Assembly: GCF_009914755.1 (NCBI RefSeq)
Contig: NC_060948.1
From: the human T2T-CHM13v2.0 reference genome, Homo sapiens
Strand: one strand, 5' to 3'
Length of the DNA: 64,000 nt
The position numbers and the translations under genes are program-made. The notes beneath the pieces are model-generated. The model was given only the letters and a program-made list of their open reading frames with translations. It was not told the origin of the DNA and searched no databases. How positions within the stretch are numbered: position 1 is the stretch's first letter; each line of letters begins with the position of its first letter. This document shows, piece after piece, positions 58,514 through 64,000 of the stretch.

Positions 58514-60619
58514 AGATCCATATTTTTTAAATGAAAAAAAATTTCAAAGGTACTCTGCTTGGTACAATAATCAAATGTATAAACTGAGGAATAAAACATA
58601 ACCAAGAAACCTACTTATAACTGCATATGGAAAATACAGAGGATAATTTTTTAATAACATATTTTGAAAGCCTTAACTAGTAATTTGAAGAGTTGGCATT
58701 TGAAAGGCCAGTATGAATATACCTTCAAAGCAGCAACACAGGTTCCCCATGAGAAAAAGCAAACACAGGGAAAATAAAAACACAAAGGTTCAATCTCTTC
58801 TGACCTTTGAAAGACACAGCACAGACAGTGGTCCTTAGGACGAAGAGCAGGAGACCCCTAATTCCGTCACCATGGCGATAGGGCATAAACATTGCTGGGT
58901 GAGGGCACAATCCACATTGTGAGGTCCAACTGCTGCCAGGAAGACAGGAGTGCTTTTACATAGACCGAAAGGTCATTGAAGGCTCAGAGTTTTGTTTCAA
59001 GAACTGAATCCCAAGCCCACACGTTATTAGGCTGCGCTTCTTAAAACAAGTTATGAGATGGGAAAAAGGGCACCCACAAACATACGTATACATTATGTAT
59101 ATAATAATATACAGTATCATATATATAATATATATAACCTATGTATAATATTGTTTTACATCCTGCATCTTATGTTATATATATTGTATAAAATATAATA
59201 ATTGATAATATATAAGTTTTATATTTATACAATATGACATATAGTATATATTATAATTTATGGCATATATAATATATGTTATATATCATATATAGAATAT
59301 ATTATACGGTTAATATACGTATTAAATATAAATTATACATTATATATATTATATATAATATATCTGTTATATATAATACCCATTATGCATAATATATATA
59401 TTATGTCTATGTTATATATAGTATAAAACAACATATAATAATATATAATTGTATATATAAAATGCGACATATAATATATATTATATTTTATAACATATGT
59501 AATATATATTATATATTATATATAATACGTTGTATGTTTAATACCTATATTAAATATATATTATATGACTATGTTATTAATTACATGTCACATGTGTTAT
59601 ATATTATATATTTTACATAGAATATACCGGTTACATACAATATATACTATGTTACCTATAATGTATAATTTATTACATGTAAAATAAAGAATGCAATATA
59701 TTATGTATAATTTATAATATACAATATGTGGAATGTGATATATATAACATATAATATATGATATATGATATACAGTATATGATATATAACATACAATATA
59801 TGATTCCTAATATATATGGTATACAATATATATTTTATGATATGTATTCTATATGTTTTATATTCTGTTATATATAACTATTTGAAATTATATATAACTG
59901 TATAATATTTTATGTAAATATGTAATATAATATATATAACTATATAATATGTTATATATAACTATATATTATGTTATATATACTTTTATAACATAATTTA
60001 CATAAAATATCATAATATAATATATATTATATTATTTCATATTACATTATATATATTACATATCACCCAATATAACTAACATACATAATATTATAATATA
60101 GATTATATTGTGTTATATTAAATATCATATATATCATGTATCATATATTCTATAATATATATTACACATTATATAATATGTATGTTGTCTATTATGTGAT
60201 ATATATAACTATATATATAATTATATTTTTATACATATAACTACATAAACATGTAATTCTACATATTTTCATTTATAATATGTAGAATTATATAATCATA
60301 TATAATTATTTATATTCTATAAAAAATTTTATCATTATATAAATTATAATATATAAAAATTATAATATGTACTAAAAATATATATGTATTATATATCATA
60401 TATGATATAGTAACTTTGTTATATATCATAATATATATAAATGTGTATTATGTTATCTATAATTATATAATTTCATATATAAGATGTATAATATGTATCA
60501 TATATTATATATGTTATGTAATATATATAGTATATATAAGATGACACAGGATAAATATTATATACTATGACATATAAAATATATGAGGTTATATGTTACA
60601 TATAAGGCATAGCACATAA

Positions 60620-60934
<315 letters not shown>

Positions 60935-63039
60935 AGATCCATATTTTTTAAATGAAAAAAAATTTCAAAGGTACTCTGCTTGGTACAATAATCAAATGTA
61001 TAAACTGAGGAATAAAACATAACCATGAAACCTACTTATAACTGCATATGGAAAATACAGAGGATAATTTTTTAAATAACATATTTTGAAAGCCTTAACT
61101 AGTAATTTGAAGAGTTGGCATTTGAAAGGCCAGTATGAATATACCTTCAAAGCAGCAACACAGGTTCCCCATGAGAAAAAGCAAACACAGGGAAAATAAA
61201 AACACAAAGGTTCAATCTCTTCTGACCTTTGAAAGACACAGCACAGACAGTGGTCCTTAGGACGAAGAGCAGGAGACCCCTAATTCCGTCACCATGGCGA
61301 TAGGGCATAAACATTGCTGGGTGAGGGCACAATCCACATTGTGAGGTCCAACTGCTGCCAGGAAGACAGGAGTGCTTTTACATAGACCGAAAGGTCATTG
61401 AAGGCTCAGAGTTTTGTTTCAAGAACTGAATCCCAAGCCCACACGTTATTAGGCTGCGCTTCTTAAAACAACTTATGAGATGGGAAAAAGGGCACCCACA
61501 AACATACGTATACATTATGTATATAATAATATACAGTATCATATATATAATATATATAACCTATGTATAATATTGTTTTACATCCTGCATCTTATGTTAT
61601 ATATATTGTATAAAATATAATAATTGATAATATATAAGTTTTATAATTATACAATATGACATATAGTATATATTATAATTTATGACATATATAATATATG
61701 TTATATATCATATATAGAATATATTATACGGTTAATATACGTATTAAATATAAATTATACATTATATATATTATATATAATATATCTGTTATATATAATA
61801 CCCATTATGCATAATATATATATTATGTCTATGTTATATATAGTATAAAACAACATATAATAATATATAATTGTATATATAAAATGCGACATAGAATACA
61901 TATTATATTTTATAACATATGTAATATATATTATATATTATATATAATACGTTGTATGTATAATACCTATATTAAATATATATTATATGACTATGTTATT
62001 AATTACATGAAACATGTGTTATATATTATATATTTTACATAGAATATACCGGTTACATACAATATATACTCTGTTACCTATAATGTATAATTTATTACAT
62101 GTAAAATAAAGAATGCAATATATTATGTATAATTTATAATATACAATATGTGGAATGTGATATATATAACATATAATATATGATATATGATATACAGTAT
62201 ATGATATATAACATACAATATATGATTCCTAATATATATGGTATACAATATATATTTTATGATATGTATTCTATATGTTTTATATTCTGTTATATATAAC
62301 TATTTGAAATTATATATAACTGTATAATATTTTATGTAAATATGTAATATAATATATATAATTATATAATATATTATATATAACTATATATTATGTTATA
62401 TATACTTTTATAACATAATTTACATAAAATATCATAACATAATATATATTATATTATTTCATATTACATAATATATATTACATATCACCCAATATAACTA
62501 ACATACATAATATTATAATATAGATTATATTATGTTATATTAAATATCATATATATCATGTATCATATATTCTATAATATATATTACACATTATATAATA
62601 TGTATGTTGTCTATTATGTGATATATATAACTATATATATAATTATATTTTTATACATATAACTAGATAAACATGTAATTCTACATATTTTCATTTATAA
62701 TATGTAGAATTATATAATCATATATAATTATTTATATTCTATAAAAAATTTTATCATTATATAAATTATAATATATAAAAATTATAATATGTACTACAAA
62801 TATATATATTATATATCATATATGCTATAGTACCTTTGTTATATATCATAATACATATAAATGTGTATTATGTTATCTATAATTATATAATTTCATATAT
62901 AAGTTGTATAATATGTATCATATATTATATATGTTATGTAATATATATAGTATATATAAGATGACACAGGATAAATATTATATACTATGACATATAAAAT
63001 ATATGAGGTTATATGTTACATATAAGGCATAGCACATAA

Positions 63040-63354
<315 letters not shown>

Positions 63355-64000
63355 AGATCCATATTTTTTAAATGAAAAAAAATTTCAAAGGTACTCTGCT
63401 TGGTACAATAATCAAATGTATAAACTGAGGAATAAAACATAACCAAGAAACCTACTTATAACTGCATATGGAAAATACAGAGGATAATTTTTTAATAACA
63501 TATTTTGAAAGCCTTAACTAGTAATTTGAAGAGTTGGCATTTGAAAGGCCAGTATGAATATACCTTCAAAGCAGCAACACAGGTTCCCCATGAGAAAAAG
63601 CAAACACAGGGAAAATAAAAACACAAAGGTTCAATCTCTTCTGACCTTTGAAAGACACAGCACAGACAGTGGTCCTTAGGACGAAGAGCAGGAGACCCCT
63701 AATTCCGTCACCATGGCGATAGGGCATAAACATTGCTGGGTGAGGGCACAATCCACATTGTGAGGTCCAACTGCTGCCAGGAAGACAGGAGTGCTTTTAC
63801 ATAGACCGAAAGGTCATTGAAGGCTCAGAGTTTTGTTTCAAGAACTGAATCCCAAGCCCACACGTTATTAGGCTGCGCTTCTTAAAACAAGTTATGAGAT
63901 GGGAAAAAGGGCACCCACAAACATACGTATACATTATGTATATAATAATATACAGTATCATATATATAATATATATAACCTATGTATAATATTGTTTTAC

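Overview
The whole window is one uninterrupted head-to-tail tandem array of a ~2,420-bp unit (about 26.5 units, 27 Alu copies). Spacings read from the repeated ORF coordinates are 2,416-2,422 bp, mean ~2,419. Each unit has three parts: a ~292-bp, slightly 5'-truncated, CpG-depleted Alu on the minus strand; a ~570-bp moderately GC-rich segment (the HSATI-type part); and a ~1.56-kb extremely AT-rich low-complexity tract. This organisation and the predicted 2,146-bp HaeIII fragment match human DYZ2/HSat1B satellite, most likely Yq12 heterochromatin. There are no credible genes: the ORF track is the same chance ORFs repeated in every unit. I found no evidence of a new biological system. The notable signal is evolutionary: shared variants between copies define local subfamilies, 3-unit (~7.25-kb) repeat periods, a longer-range copied block and chimeric units. 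Units are numbered U1-U27 by Alu copy. Variant calls were made by eye and need confirming by alignment.
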